43,453 nt of DNA from a candidate division WOR-3 bacterium (GTDB lineage Bacteria > Hydrothermota > Tepidihabitantia > SM23-42 > JAOAFX01): positions 1-43,453 of the forward strand of contig JBBILZ010000018.1 of the NCBI GenBank assembly GCA_037444665.1, given 5' to 3'. This document shows, in pieces, positions 9,569 to 19,888 of the stretch. Every line of letters begins with the position of its first letter. The stretch's first letter is position 1. The notes under the pieces were generated by a model that searched no databases, was not told the DNA's origin, and saw only the letters and a list, made by a program, of their open reading frames with translations. The position numbers and the translations under genes are program-made.

Positions 9569-11398
9569 TTACCTCAATAGGACTACAGCATAAGTTTGCT
9601 CATAACCATCAGCCTGAATTTTAATAAAGTAAACCCCTGCAGGAAGCAGAGAGCCAGAATTATCTTCACCATACCAGGGAACGACATAAGGATAATGGAA
9701 ATAGCAATCAATCAGGTCAAAAGATTTGACCAGCCGTCCCAAAGAATTATAAATCTTTAAAGAGAGATTCTGTGGACTGCTCCTTATTCCTTGCGTCTCG
9801 TTCTTTAACATCTGGCATCTGATTTCCAATTTATCTCTGAATGGATTGGGTAGCACCTCTAATGTGATACCTTCTGGATAAAGGTATCCTTTTTCTTGAA
9901 CACCTAAATAACTCGGAATCAGTATATCATCAATGTACCAACCTTCACCAACCCAATACTCCAGATAATCACTTATAAACCTGAATCTAAGCCGAACAGT
10001 CTGGCCAGAGTAATCGCACAACGAGTATGTTTCTTGTTGCCAGGCATTCTGAGTTCCATTAAATTCAGCAAGTGTTTTCCACCAGCCTGAACCGTTATCA
10101 ATTTCAATATATCCAAAGTCCTTATCTGTTTCCAGACTGTATTGGTGATAAAAATACAAGTTAGTATCTGGAGTGACCACAAAAAATGGGGAATATAGCG
10201 ATGCGTCATTTTCATTTGTATACTGGTGATAACTTTCAACACCGCTATACCAAGAATGAGTTGGAGAATGGCCTTTGTAGCTGGTAATATGCCAATTATC
10301 CTTCGTCCCAGAATGGGTCCAGCCATTTTCACCAGATTCAATATCATCAAAAAATCCTGGGGATAATGTAATAAGAAATGGAATTGTATCGGCGGTAGCA
10401 CCGAAGTTCAAAATAAAATGAGCCATATGCGGTGTGGGACATCCCTGGTTTATGTCAAATAGAAAATTGATGATTGTATCCACATCACCAGGACTAATTG
10501 CAACACTCAGGGGATTTGAGTTTATAATCGTTAAATAGGGGTCAGAACAGGCTACATTCGCACCACCCGTATAAACACCATTGCCCAGATTTTTGCCAGA
10601 AACCTTCATTAAGATTCTTTCACCTGGCTCAGCCCAGCCATTACCGTTCCCATTTGTTTCTGAAATTCTCATCCCAAAATATTCCATCTTTGGTTCAGGG
10701 ATGGTACCAGTTTCTGCACCCTGATAGATCGTTTTATTGCTTGCTTGCACAAATACAACAATTTTACAATTATGTTCATTCCAGGATGTCCCGATTGAGA
10801 AATTGCGAGAGCGGATGATACTATCTGACGCTGGTATTGTAACTGGCTCTCCAATACCATCTGGGAGCATATCCCTTAGCACAAAATCGAGTTTAGGCAT
10901 TCCTTGCCAGCTGTATGGTATTTCATTTTCTACAATCGCAAAATGGAGGTTTCCACTAATTGCACTTGAGGAATCATTTATAATTGTGGCGTTTACAATA
11001 CCGGTATTCGCAATTGAATCGTAACTACAGGTAAGATTAATTTTGAGCGGACTGGAAACTGCAAACCGCTGGTTTAAATCGTGTCGGTAAAACTGATAGT
11101 TTGTTCCCAGGTACGCACCACCCATATTGATTAGTGTTCCGTCAAAGATAACCGTAGGATATGCTGAAACATTATAATAGCTTCTGCGAACCTCTGCTTC
11201 GGGAATAGCAAATCCATCGTTTATGTGATAGGCAATTACAACAAGGGAATCATAGTCGCGCTTATAATGCTCTTCAAGTCCGCGCGCGGCGCCCGGACAG
11301 AAATGGCACCAGGTGCCGGTAAATTCTTCAGCAACTACAACCCGCTGATTTGCAAACAGACAGGTGCTCAAAAAAAGACCTAATAATAATATTCTCAT
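9569..11398 (-). CDS. Secreted Omp28-like (thioredoxin-fold CxxC) protein with MAM/immune-inhibitor-like domain and T9SS-A/FlgD-like CTD
   Basis: Signal peptide; EEFTGTWCHFCP; YPTVIFDG; VRLRFRF...GWYIDDI; PNPF...IYNSLGRLVK...PAGVYFI. Confidence 0.78.
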   Translation of the reverse strand: MRILLLGLFLSTCLFANQRVVVAEEFTGTWCHFCPGAARGLEEHYKRDYDSLVVIAYHINDGFAIPEAEVRRSYYNVSAYPTVIFDGTLINMGGAYLGTNYQFYRHDLNQRFAVSSPLKINLTCSYDSIANTGIVNATIINDSSSAISGNLHFAIVENEIPYSWQGMPKLDFVLRDMLPDGIGEPVTIPASDSIIRSRNFSIGTSWNEHNCKIVVFVQASNKTIYQGAETGTIPEPKMEYFGMRISETNGNGNGWAEPGERILMKVSGKNLGNGVYTGGANVACSDPYLTIINSNPLSVAISPGDVDTIINFLFDINQGCPTPHMAHFILNFGATADTIPFLITLSPGFFDDIESGENGWTHSGTKDNWHITSYKGHSPTHSWYSGVESYHQYTNENDASLYSPFFVVTPDTNLYFYHQYSLETDKDFGYIEIDNGSGWWKTLAEFNGTQNAWQQETYSLCDYSGQTVRLRFRFISDYLEYWVGEGWYIDDILIPSYLGVQEKGYLYPEGITLEVLPNPFRDKLEIRCQMLKNETQGIRSSPQNLSLKIYNSLGRLVKSFDLIDCYFHYPYVVPWYGEDNSGSLLPAGVYFIKIQADGYEQTYAVVLLR

Positions 11399-11440
11399 CT
11401 CATCCCCCTTTTTATTATATTCACTTCATCATAATTATTC

Positions 11441-13321
11441 TCACTTATTTGTAATTATTACTTTTTTTTCTATAATTTCTTCCCGACTTTCCAATCTAAT
11501 AAAATATTTACCTGATGGCACTGGAACACCATTATTATCCCTTTTATCCCAATAAACAATTAACTTACCACTCCCATTTACTACAAATAAATTTCTTATT
11601 AATCTGCCAGCGCTATTGTAAATTCGGATTTTTGAGCCATTCTGATTTGTTTGAACCCTAATAAAAACCAGTTCACACGATGGATTTGGATAGACTTCCA
11701 GGATTGAATTCTTCATTTGTTCTGTCCTCACTTCATTAATAGCGCCCGCTTGTAGAATAACAAAAGGATTTGGGGTAATAGCAACTGAACTGTCATTACC
11801 ACTTCTGGCGGTATATCGGATATAACAATTATTTGATCCCTGAATATTACCAGGGATATGCCACTGATACCGACAATTATTTGGAAGGCTGTCTTTAATC
11901 AATATCCACGGACCATTCTGCCCGGTTATTGATAATTCAAGTTTTATTGTTGCGGTTCCGGCAGGGACGCCGCAGGTCCATCTAATAAATTGAACAGAGC
12001 CGCTGTAAAACTTCTCACCGCCTCTGGGAGATACCGGAAATACAAAAAGACTCTCAGGAATTGATGATTCTTTGTAGAACCTTGGACGGTTTACTGAAAC
12101 AAAAAAATCACCTGAATCAGAGACCAGAGCAATGTCAGGATAACCATTATGGTCAGCATCTGGACCGACTGTGAAGGCACTACAATCTCCTGGATAGGGC
12201 ACATAAAAAGTAGATGCCAATGTCCAGCTTCCAGCACCATCACCTAACCACACACTCACTGTGTGATTTCCAAATGCGCACACATCCATTAAGCCATCAA
12301 TATTCATATCACATATCTGAGTTGCTTCATAAGCTCCTGTATTCGGTAAATTACCAGAAAAAGATGTCCAAGTGTTATTTCCTTGCCAGGTCCAGACCTC
12401 AACGCCACCATTTGAATTGCAGAATGCGAGATCCTGGTCACCATCATTATCTACATCGCCCAGAGAAGGACCTTTTCTACCTCCAGTGCCTCCAGGTGGC
12501 AAATTTCCGTCTGCAATTGTAAAGTTTCCCGCACCATTACCAAGGTAGATACTACCAAATTGATGACCTACACAAAAATCACTAAAACCATCGTTATTCA
12601 CATCACCAAATAGAAAGTGGTTTGTTGAATTTCCGCCAATAAAACCAAAACACTGGTGCCAGGTGCCATCAAGATGATTGACAAAAATGTGTATCCCATC
12701 GTCGGCACCAAAGGAATTTCCGCCAAAATCTAAGTCGCCGTCATTGTCAATGTCCGCAAAATCAGTTCCGAACATCCCATAGGGTTGAGGATCACCGATA
12801 GATATACCATCGTCCCATGGTATCCAGTTTTGCCCACTTCCATCTCCAAGTGCGCATTCCATAATTGAATCGCCAAAATCATTGCTTGAATAGTTATGGT
12901 GCATTCCATATCCGACATCTAAAAGACCGTCATTATTTAAATCACCCACCGCAATACCTCCATAGCCGAAATAGCCATTCTGATAGACATTCCAGCTACC
13001 CTGGCCATTGCCAAACCAGACCATTACACCGTGTGAATTTGATGGTGAACCGTGGTCACCAATTGAAAGAATATCAACATTACCATCGTTATTTATATCC
13101 ACAAGTTCTAATTCAGTTTCACCCTCTTCCATCTGAGGATTATTTAATCCTGAAGAAGACTCAATATAATTTAGACCGTATGCAACAGAAAATAAGACTA
13201 TGAGAGAAATCAGCAAAGAGGCAGAATTCTTGCCAGCTTGAAGAGGGTTATTACTCTCCCCAGGCTGATTTTCATCTCCAAATTTTCTAATATCTTTGAC
13301 TATCTTCCTGGCAACTATCAT
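11441..13321 (-). CDS. Secreted FG-GAP/VCBS repeat protein with T9SS-A/FlgD-like CTD
   Basis: Repeated DxNNDGxxD motifs; YPNP...IYNSAGRLIR...WDKRDNNG...SGKYFI. Confidence 0.82.
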   Translation of the reverse strand: MIVARKIVKDIRKFGDENQPGESNNPLQAGKNSASLLISLIVLFSVAYGLNYIESSSGLNNPQMEEGETELELVDINNDGNVDILSIGDHGSPSNSHGVMVWFGNGQGSWNVYQNGYFGYGGIAVGDLNNDGLLDVGYGMHHNYSSNDFGDSIMECALGDGSGQNWIPWDDGISIGDPQPYGMFGTDFADIDNDGDLDFGGNSFGADDGIHIFVNHLDGTWHQCFGFIGGNSTNHFLFGDVNNDGFSDFCVGHQFGSIYLGNGAGNFTIADGNLPPGGTGGRKGPSLGDVDNDGDQDLAFCNSNGGVEVWTWQGNNTWTSFSGNLPNTGAYEATQICDMNIDGLMDVCAFGNHTVSVWLGDGAGSWTLASTFYVPYPGDCSAFTVGPDADHNGYPDIALVSDSGDFFVSVNRPRFYKESSIPESLFVFPVSPRGGEKFYSGSVQFIRWTCGVPAGTATIKLELSITGQNGPWILIKDSLPNNCRYQWHIPGNIQGSNNCYIRYTARSGNDSSVAITPNPFVILQAGAINEVRTEQMKNSILEVYPNPSCELVFIRVQTNQNGSKIRIYNSAGRLIRNLFVVNGSGKLIVYWDKRDNNGVPVPSGKYFIRLESREEIIEKKVIITNK

Positions 13322-14706
13322 TCTACCTTCACTATCCTTAATACTACAGTAGCTCGTGTCTCACACCGGGCATAGTAGACTCCGCCTGGTAAATCTTCAC
13401 CGATTCGGTCGCCTTTATATCTACCTACACGCTTACCTGTGAGGTCATAAACTAAAAAGTGGAATTGTTCGTATCCCGGTATTTTTGTAAAAGAGACAAA
13501 GGGATTGGGGAAGGCATTGAGCCTTTTGTCCTTTATAAAAGTGCCGGGTTCCCCATCTTCAATACCACCTGGGTCACGTTTTATAAGATAAAAATCATAA
13601 TCTCCAGCACCGTAGGACATTGTATAACCGGCAATGATATAACCAAGGTCTGGAGTTTGGAACCCTGAACGTCCATAATCCCAATCACTACCACCATAAG
13701 TGCTAGACCACTGGACATTACCCTGACCATCAGTCTTGATTATGTAGACATCAAATCCACCCGAGCCAAAGGATGCGGTATGCCCCACGATAAAATAACC
13801 ACCGTCTTGGGACTGGGATATGGCAAAGCCCATATCCTCATTTGTTCCCCCATAGGTCTTCTCCCACATCAGATTACCACCAGCATCTGTTTTAATCACA
13901 TAGATATCATAACTACCTGCCCCGCTGGAACTTGTGGCTCCACAGATGATATAACCACCATCACTGGTTTGGGCAAGGGCATTTGCACTCTCATCACCAC
14001 TGCCACCATAAAAGTGTTCCCAGATTTTAGTGCCCATAGAATCGGTCTTTACTAACCAGGCATCGCGAACCAAACCGCCGCTTTGTGAGTTACTTGCACC
14101 ACAAAAGATATAATCGTGGGCCTGGGTCTGGATTATTGCATGAGCGCGATCTGAAAGATTGGCGCCGATTGCTACCTGCCAGACCATATTTCCACTTGTA
14201 TCGGTATGAATAAGGTATGCATCATCACCGCCAGCACCAAAAGAAGTTGTATAACCTATTAAGGTATAACCACCATCAGATGTCTGCATAACATCGTAGC
14301 CGCGGTCATCACCACTTCCACCGAATGTTCGTATCCAGACCGAATTGCCCTGGGAATTGACCCTGAGTAAATAAACATCACAGGCAAATGGTGCATTAAA
14401 GATTCCTGCACATACATAACCTGAAGCAGCGGTCTCTTTTATTGAATAGAGATAATCACCCATTGAGCCACCATAGGTCTGTTGCCATACAAGGTTACCC
14501 GAGACATCGGTCTTTACCAGATAAGCATCGGGCCAGCTTCCACTCCAACTATTGCTCATCCCAGCCATAATAAAACCTCCATCCTGGGTCTGCGCCATTG
14601 CATAGCAGACATCCGTTATTCCGCCACCATAAGTTCTTTCCCATGCGCCCTGAACAAATGATATTATGCTCAAAATGAGCAAAACCGAAAAGAGAGCCCT
14701 GTCCAT
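13318..14706 (-). CDS. Secreted beta-propeller repeat protein with short CTD
   Basis: About 7 repeats of WxxTYGG...QTxDGGYIxxG...DxYLxKTDxxGN; AAGGAGG RBS before ATG 14706. Confidence 0.82.
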   Translation of the reverse strand: MDRALFSVLLILSIISFVQGAWERTYGGGITDVCYAMAQTQDGGFIMAGMSNSWSGSWPDAYLVKTDVSGNLVWQQTYGGSMGDYLYSIKETAASGYVCAGIFNAPFACDVYLLRVNSQGNSVWIRTFGGSGDDRGYDVMQTSDGGYTLIGYTTSFGAGGDDAYLIHTDTSGNMVWQVAIGANLSDRAHAIIQTQAHDYIFCGASNSQSGGLVRDAWLVKTDSMGTKIWEHFYGGSGDESANALAQTSDGGYIICGATSSSGAGSYDIYVIKTDAGGNLMWEKTYGGTNEDMGFAISQSQDGGYFIVGHTASFGSGGFDVYIIKTDGQGNVQWSSTYGGSDWDYGRSGFQTPDLGYIIAGYTMSYGAGDYDFYLIKRDPGGIEDGEPGTFIKDKRLNAFPNPFVSFTKIPGYEQFHFLVYDLTGKRVGRYKGDRIGEDLPGGVYYARCETRATVVLRIVKVE

Positions 14707-14723
14707 TTCCAACCTCCTTTAAA

Positions 14724-16133
14724 TTAGTGTATCTTGACGACCCTTAATGAGAATGATGGTTCATGCACAGACCTGATAAAAAAGACCCCATTTGGTAGGT
14801 CTTCACCAATCCGGTCACCCCTATATCGCCCCACACGATTGCCAAGCACATCATAGACAATAAAGTCTTCCTGCTCATAACCTTTGATTGTAGTGTAGTT
14901 CGGGAATAGATTAGGCAGACATCTATAATGAGGATTCTGTGCCTGGTCCGAATAGGTATCCTCAACAACGCCCACATTTCCCATAGAATCGGTTTTGACA
15001 ACAAATATATTTCCCGTATTCGAACCACCTTGTCTACCACAAAAAACATAGCCATGGTCAGGTGTCTCCTCTACCCAGTAACCAGTAGCTCCTGGAATAA
15101 TCGACCAGTAATTTTGGCACCATATGGAATCACCATTGGGACCCAATTTCAATAATCTCATGATTGATAATGCAATAAAACCGCCATCTGATGTTTGTTG
15201 TCCACAGACGGATGAGTACAGGGTGGTATAACCTGGTCCAGCTATTCCAAAAAATTGTTTACTCCACACTGTATCTCCAGAGGCATTGGTTTTTATTATA
15301 TAGAGGTGTGGATAAGCTCTAGGGCGAGCCCCAAAAAGGATATAACCTCCATCCTGAGTCTGCACACCAGTCCTACCCTCATCAATAGAATCAATACCAG
15401 TAGTGCCGTAGTATCTTAGAAATTGCAGATTGCCATTTGCATCGGTCTTGAGAAGAACAAAGTCTTTGTCCATATAATCTATCCAGGACCCGGTTGCAAC
15501 CATATAACCACCATCCTGGGTCTGTTGGGCAGCCAATGATTTGTGATAGAGTCCATAATCAGGAAGGTCATATGTTCGTTGCCACTGGAGATTACCTGCA
15601 GCATCAGTCTTCACTATATATATATCATAATATGAGCCCTGCCATCCCGCACTCATATAACCGCCATCACTGGTCTGACAGACAGAGTATCCTCCTTCAA
15701 AACTTGATGTCGGGTCAAAAATCCTTGACCATACTGTATCACCAGTACTATTAACCTTGAGGAGATAAAGTCCTGTGTAGAAACTGGTTGTCACTATGTC
15801 CCCACTTATAATATACCCGCCATCATTGGTCGGCTCCACACAATACCCGGCGGTATTATCTGCATAAAATTTTCTCCAGAGTTCATTGCCATTTGCATCA
15901 AGTTTGAGTAAGAATGCACGGCTGACATAGTTCATGCTAGTGAATCCCGTAACCACATAACCACCTAAGGTGGGTTTGACTGATAATGCCGCCTCACCCC
16001 CACCAAAATCTATTATCTTCACCCATTTCTGCTGGGCAGATGCAAGAGTGGGAAACAGGGATGCAAAGATAATGGAGATACATCCTATGACCCTGAAGAC
16101 TTGCTCATTCTTACGGATTGGTAGATTCATCAT
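14724..16133 (-). CDS. Secreted beta-propeller repeat protein with short CTD (paralog of 13318-14706)
   Basis: Same QTxDGGY/KTDxxGN repeats; AAGGAGG RBS before ATG 16133. Confidence 0.8.
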   Translation of the reverse strand: MMNLPIRKNEQVFRVIGCISIIFASLFPTLASAQQKWVKIIDFGGGEAALSVKPTLGGYVVTGFTSMNYVSRAFLLKLDANGNELWRKFYADNTAGYCVEPTNDGGYIISGDIVTTSFYTGLYLLKVNSTGDTVWSRIFDPTSSFEGGYSVCQTSDGGYMSAGWQGSYYDIYIVKTDAAGNLQWQRTYDLPDYGLYHKSLAAQQTQDGGYMVATGSWIDYMDKDFVLLKTDANGNLQFLRYYGTTGIDSIDEGRTGVQTQDGGYILFGARPRAYPHLYIIKTNASGDTVWSKQFFGIAGPGYTTLYSSVCGQQTSDGGFIALSIMRLLKLGPNGDSIWCQNYWSIIPGATGYWVEETPDHGYVFCGRQGGSNTGNIFVVKTDSMGNVGVVEDTYSDQAQNPHYRCLPNLFPNYTTIKGYEQEDFIVYDVLGNRVGRYRGDRIGEDLPNGVFFIRSVHEPSFSLRVVKIH

Positions 16134-16503
16134 TTTAACCTCCTTTTTTAATTCTACCAAAAACAATGGTGCTATCATTTTATCTCTCTTTTAATATCAC
16201 CCCCTTTCAATTGAAGATTATTTATAACATCATCAGGTGTAAAATCCCTTGATAAAAACCCAAACCACCCTAACCTATTTTCACACCCTTCAAGGGCGGA
16301 GGGAATCTGTCTAAAAACCGTTCTATCGTTTGAATCGTAGGTATTGGAATTATTCAAATTCCAATACTTATTTATATTTTATTTTTAGTTATGTCCTTAA
16401 TATCACTATGAAGCCAATAAAAACTCTTGAAAAATCATTAAGTTTTTGGAAATTACCAAACCTCTTGACAATTTGCATTTTTTTGAATATTATTTCCCCG
16501 AAT

Positions 16504-18756
16504 ATGTATAACAAATACTTTGACCTTCGCGCAAAGGCGCTAAAATATTATTTTAATAATAAGACCTCTATAAGGAAAACTGCCCGGCATTTTTCATTAC
16601 ACTACCAAACAGTGTTCAAATGGATTTCCAGTTTCAAAAAGTTATGCGGCCAGGGTTCTGCACAAAGACCTTTTAAAACAAACGCCAGCCGGTTGGACAG
16701 AGAGGGTAAAATTGTTGAAATAAAGGAGATGTATCCAGCACTGACCCTCTCTCAGGCAAGATTGCTCTTGCAACAAAAAGGCTATGCCATTTCCCTTAAT
16801 GGCATCTGGAATGTATGGTGCCGTTATGGCTATGCCGGTTTTGACTGGAATATGATGAGTAATGACTTTACTGTATTTTGCAGATGGTCAAGGGAAGCAA
16901 AAAGAAAATTTCTCCTGGCAGAACAATTTTATTCAATTGGATTAGTTCCTGAGGCGGCAGCGCTGTTAAATACCATTCCGTTTTTGCCCCGAAATGACCT
17001 CCTATTGAGAATTCCTGATGAATATCTAAATCTTCAAAGAAAACTTGAAAAAATATCAAGACAATTCGGTGAACTCCCATTACCTGAATATATCACGAAA
17101 TTATACGCTATTTATCAGCAATTCTTGAAGAAGAAATACTATTATTCAGCAATTCGTGCTGGGCTCCCCCTTATTTTTAGTCTCTCTTGGAAAGGCGAAT
17201 ACAAAAGAATGAGACAGATAATAAAAAGACTAAAGCGCTTTTTAAGTAGGGGTAATCCCCGTTTGTGTAAAAACCTCTTCCCATATTATTTTTCCCTTAA
17301 CCTGATGGAAGGTAGATCTTTTCTGGAGGAGTTGAGGATAAAACAATCACTCAAAATTGCGCGGTTGTGTTATACGATTGCAAAACGCCATAAAAATACT
17401 CCCCATAGACTCCTTGCTAATTTAGGGATATTCTATATAACTCTTGAAAGATATGATTTGGCACAAAAGTTATTAAATCGCGCATTGCCCGGGGTTGATG
17501 AAGGGATACAGAAAAAATTAAAATCTGAACTCGGGCTTATCTCTCTTTTAACAGGGGAAAAAGAAAAGGCACATAAATTATTAAAAGAAGGAGGCATTTA
17601 CACATGGGCACGGGAAGCCAAATATTTGCGATTTAAGTCACTCATCTTTTTAATGGATGGAGAATTGTTCAGGGTAGTAGACCTAACCAAAGAGGTGCTT
17701 CGGATTTCAAAGAGTAGCGAATTGAAACAGGACATCGCCAATTCCTATTTAATGATGGCGTCTGCCTATGCTGGTCTGGGTGAAGCAGATAAGGTAAAGG
17801 AATTACTAAAAAATTTAATAAAATTTACAAAGAGAACACAGCTCCATCGTCTCAGAATAATTGCTACAGTTTTGTTGACTAAAGATATACCAACCAAACA
17901 ACTGCTACTCTTACCATCAATCAAACTCGCCTGGATTTTACATAAAAGAGGATTCCGAATGGCATTTGATTATGCCCGTAAAAGAGGCATCACTTTCTAT
18001 CTTTATCGTTATCTTCTTTTCTGGTCTGAGACTGTGCTTAATGAACTTCAAAAAGTTAAGTTTAATAAAATTCCCAAAGGGCTACTTAAACTACCAATAT
18101 TTAATAATACAACCGTTGCATTCCGGATAAATTTCTTAGGTAGATTAAATTGCTACCGCAATCAAAAATACCATAGAGTAAGATTGAGGCCAAAGGATTC
18201 GGCATTTTTGATCTATCTCTGTACAAAGGCGATGGAACCGGAGAAGACGATAAATTTAGAGGAGGTCTATAAGAATTTCTGGCCCGGAAGCGAAACAGCA
18301 TCACGCAATTTTTCGCATTTGTTGGTCAGAATAAAAAAGACATTGAAGATACCTACCCATTTGTTGACTGTGTCTTGGAGTTATGGAGAGCCAGTTTTAA
18401 TAAACGAAGGAATCTATTTTACTACCGATTTGCAGGAGTTTGAGCAAGTCTTGGCACAGGCAAAGGCGCTGGAGCGGGCAGGAGAATGGGGATTTGCCCG
18501 CAAAGAATATTTAAGGGCATTTAAATTATTCCGTGGCGAGCCATTTAAGAAGAATTTTGATGATTGGTCCGTGGATATGAGGTTTAAGATTTTGTCTCAA
18601 CTTGAGACCGAGACAATAAATTTTGCAAAAAGTTGTCTGGAACATAAAAACAAACAGGATGCTAAAATAGTGCTGGAAAAGGTCTTAAAGATAATTCCTG
18701 ATTCAGACGGAATCCGCAAACTCCATGAACGCTTTCGGATTATTGATTTTCATTAA
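16504..18756 (+). CDS. Large regulator: transposase-like HTH, TPR region, winged helix and BTAD (SARP-type) domain
   Basis: SIRKTARHFSLHYQTVFKW HTH; helical TPR-like middle; INFLGRL...FWP...LLVRIKKTL...TDLQEF...LFRGEPF...DDW. TTGACA-N17-TATTAT at 16465-16493 supports ATG 16504. Confidence 0.75.
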   Translation: MYNKYFDLRAKALKYYFNNKTSIRKTARHFSLHYQTVFKWISSFKKLCGQGSAQRPFKTNASRLDREGKIVEIKEMYPALTLSQARLLLQQKGYAISLNGIWNVWCRYGYAGFDWNMMSNDFTVFCRWSREAKRKFLLAEQFYSIGLVPEAAALLNTIPFLPRNDLLLRIPDEYLNLQRKLEKISRQFGELPLPEYITKLYAIYQQFLKKKYYYSAIRAGLPLIFSLSWKGEYKRMRQIIKRLKRFLSRGNPRLCKNLFPYYFSLNLMEGRSFLEELRIKQSLKIARLCYTIAKRHKNTPHRLLANLGIFYITLERYDLAQKLLNRALPGVDEGIQKKLKSELGLISLLTGEKEKAHKLLKEGGIYTWAREAKYLRFKSLIFLMDGELFRVVDLTKEVLRISKSSELKQDIANSYLMMASAYAGLGEADKVKELLKNLIKFTKRTQLHRLRIIATVLLTKDIPTKQLLLLPSIKLAWILHKRGFRMAFDYARKRGITFYLYRYLLFWSETVLNELQKVKFNKIPKGLLKLPIFNNTTVAFRINFLGRLNCYRNQKYHRVRLRPKDSAFLIYLCTKAMEPEKTINLEEVYKNFWPGSETASRNFSHLLVRIKKTLKIPTHLLTVSWSYGEPVLINEGIYFTTDLQEFEQVLAQAKALERAGEWGFARKEYLRAFKLFRGEPFKKNFDDWSVDMRFKILSQLETETINFAKSCLEHKNKQDAKIVLEKVLKIIPDSDGIRKLHERFRIIDFH

Positions 18757-18778
18757 AATATTTATATAATTATTTGTT

Positions 18779-19168
18779 ATGAAATATGATAAGGAGATAA
18801 ATTATTGGCTGAATACCGCTGCCCACGATTTAGATGTGGCTGAGTTCCTCTTCAAAAATGGTAGATACGATTGGTGTCTTTTTATTGCTCATTTGGTCTT
18901 AGAAAAGACGCTAAAGGCTTTTTATGTCCGAGACAATCATAAAATGCCTCCGCCAATTCATAGATTAGACATTTTGGCAACTATGATAAGGCTAAATCTA
19001 TCAGATGAACAATTGGAATTTTTGAAAAAAGTAAATGAATTCAATATTGAGGCAAGGTATCCTGATAAGAAGTTTTCTTTCTATAAACTATGCACCAAGG
19101 AGTTTGCTGAAAAATATTTTACAAAGATAAAGGAATTATACAAATGGCTTTTAGAAGAGATAAAATAG
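18779..19168 (+). CDS. HEPN domain protein
   Basis: W...A.HDL..A...F.AH..LEK.LKA, PPIHRL, EARYPD. Confidence 0.88.
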   Translation: MKYDKEINYWLNTAAHDLDVAEFLFKNGRYDWCLFIAHLVLEKTLKAFYVRDNHKMPPPIHRLDILATMIRLNLSDEQLEFLKKVNEFNIEARYPDKKFSFYKLCTKEFAEKYFTKIKELYKWLLEEIK

Positions 19169-19464
19169 TTGATGAAATAAAGAATTTAATAAAAATACTT
19201 AAAAAAAACGGAATTAATATCTCTGCCGCGTATCTATTTGGTTCATATGCGAGAGGTAGTGCTAATGAATGGAGTGATATTGATGTAGCATTAGTTTCTG
19301 ATAATTTCAGTGGCTTAAGATTTTATGATATAGAAAAATTACTTTCGGTTCTTAAGAAATATAATCATTTCATTGAATTTCACCCCTTTAAAAAAGAAGA
19401 TTTTAATCCTGATAATGATTTATTTATTAAAGAAATAATATCCACCGGGATTAGAATCAAGTGA
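19144..19464 (+). CDS. Minimal nucleotidyltransferase (MNT), partner of HEPN
   Basis: YLFGSYARG...WSDIDVALVS; overlaps the HEPN gene. Confidence 0.88.
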   Translation: MAFRRDKIVDEIKNLIKILKKNGINISAAYLFGSYARGSANEWSDIDVALVSDNFSGLRFYDIEKLLSVLKKYNHFIEFHPFKKEDFNPDNDLFIKEIISTGIRIK

Positions 19465-19545
19465 CGATTCTACAAATATCTAAAGAATACTCACAAATTC
19501 ATTAAATTATAAACAAATTATTTACTTGGTGGTGAGGTTTTAGAA

Positions 19546-19740
19546 AACTTTGATGATTGGTCATTGAATATGCGATTCAAGATTTTGACCCAACTTGAGA
19601 CCGAGGCGATAAACTTTGCAAAAAGTTGCCTGGAGCATAAAAACAAACAGGATGCCAAAAGAGTGCTGGAAAAGGTTTTAAAGATAATCCCTGATTCAGA
19701 AGAGATTAAAAATTTGTCTGATAGTCTTATAGTCGTATAG
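19546..19740 (+). pseudogene. Orphan copy of the 3' end of a BTAD regulator gene
   Basis: 19546-19700 aligns ungapped to 18553-18707 with 18 mismatches in 155 bp by manual count; reads NFDDWSLNMRFKILTQLETEAINFAKSCL...DSEEIKNLSDSLIVV*. Confidence 0.88.
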
Positions 19741-19888
19741 TCTTATGGTCCGATAGTCGCATGGTCTGATGGCCCTACGGTCCAATGGTCCTATAGTTTT
19801 ATAGTTGGATGGTTTTATGGTTGGATTGTTGGATAGTTGTATAGTTGTATAGTCTGATAGTCTCATGGTCCGATGATCTTATGGTCAG
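19721..19888. repeat. Degenerate octamer tandem array, 21 units of consensus ATRGTYNN
   Basis: ATAGTCTT ATAGTCGT ATAGTCTT ATGGTCCG ... ATGGTCAG, exact 8-bp period. Confidence 0.9.

Noticed and set aside
16175..16503. 60-aa minus ORF and the N-terminal extension of the regulator from 16330
   Set aside because: No recognisable domain; the promoter position favours ATG 16504.
18553..19700. Diversity-generating retroelement TR/VR pair
   Set aside because: Mismatches are mostly synonymous and not adenine-specific, and no reverse transcriptase is present in the window.
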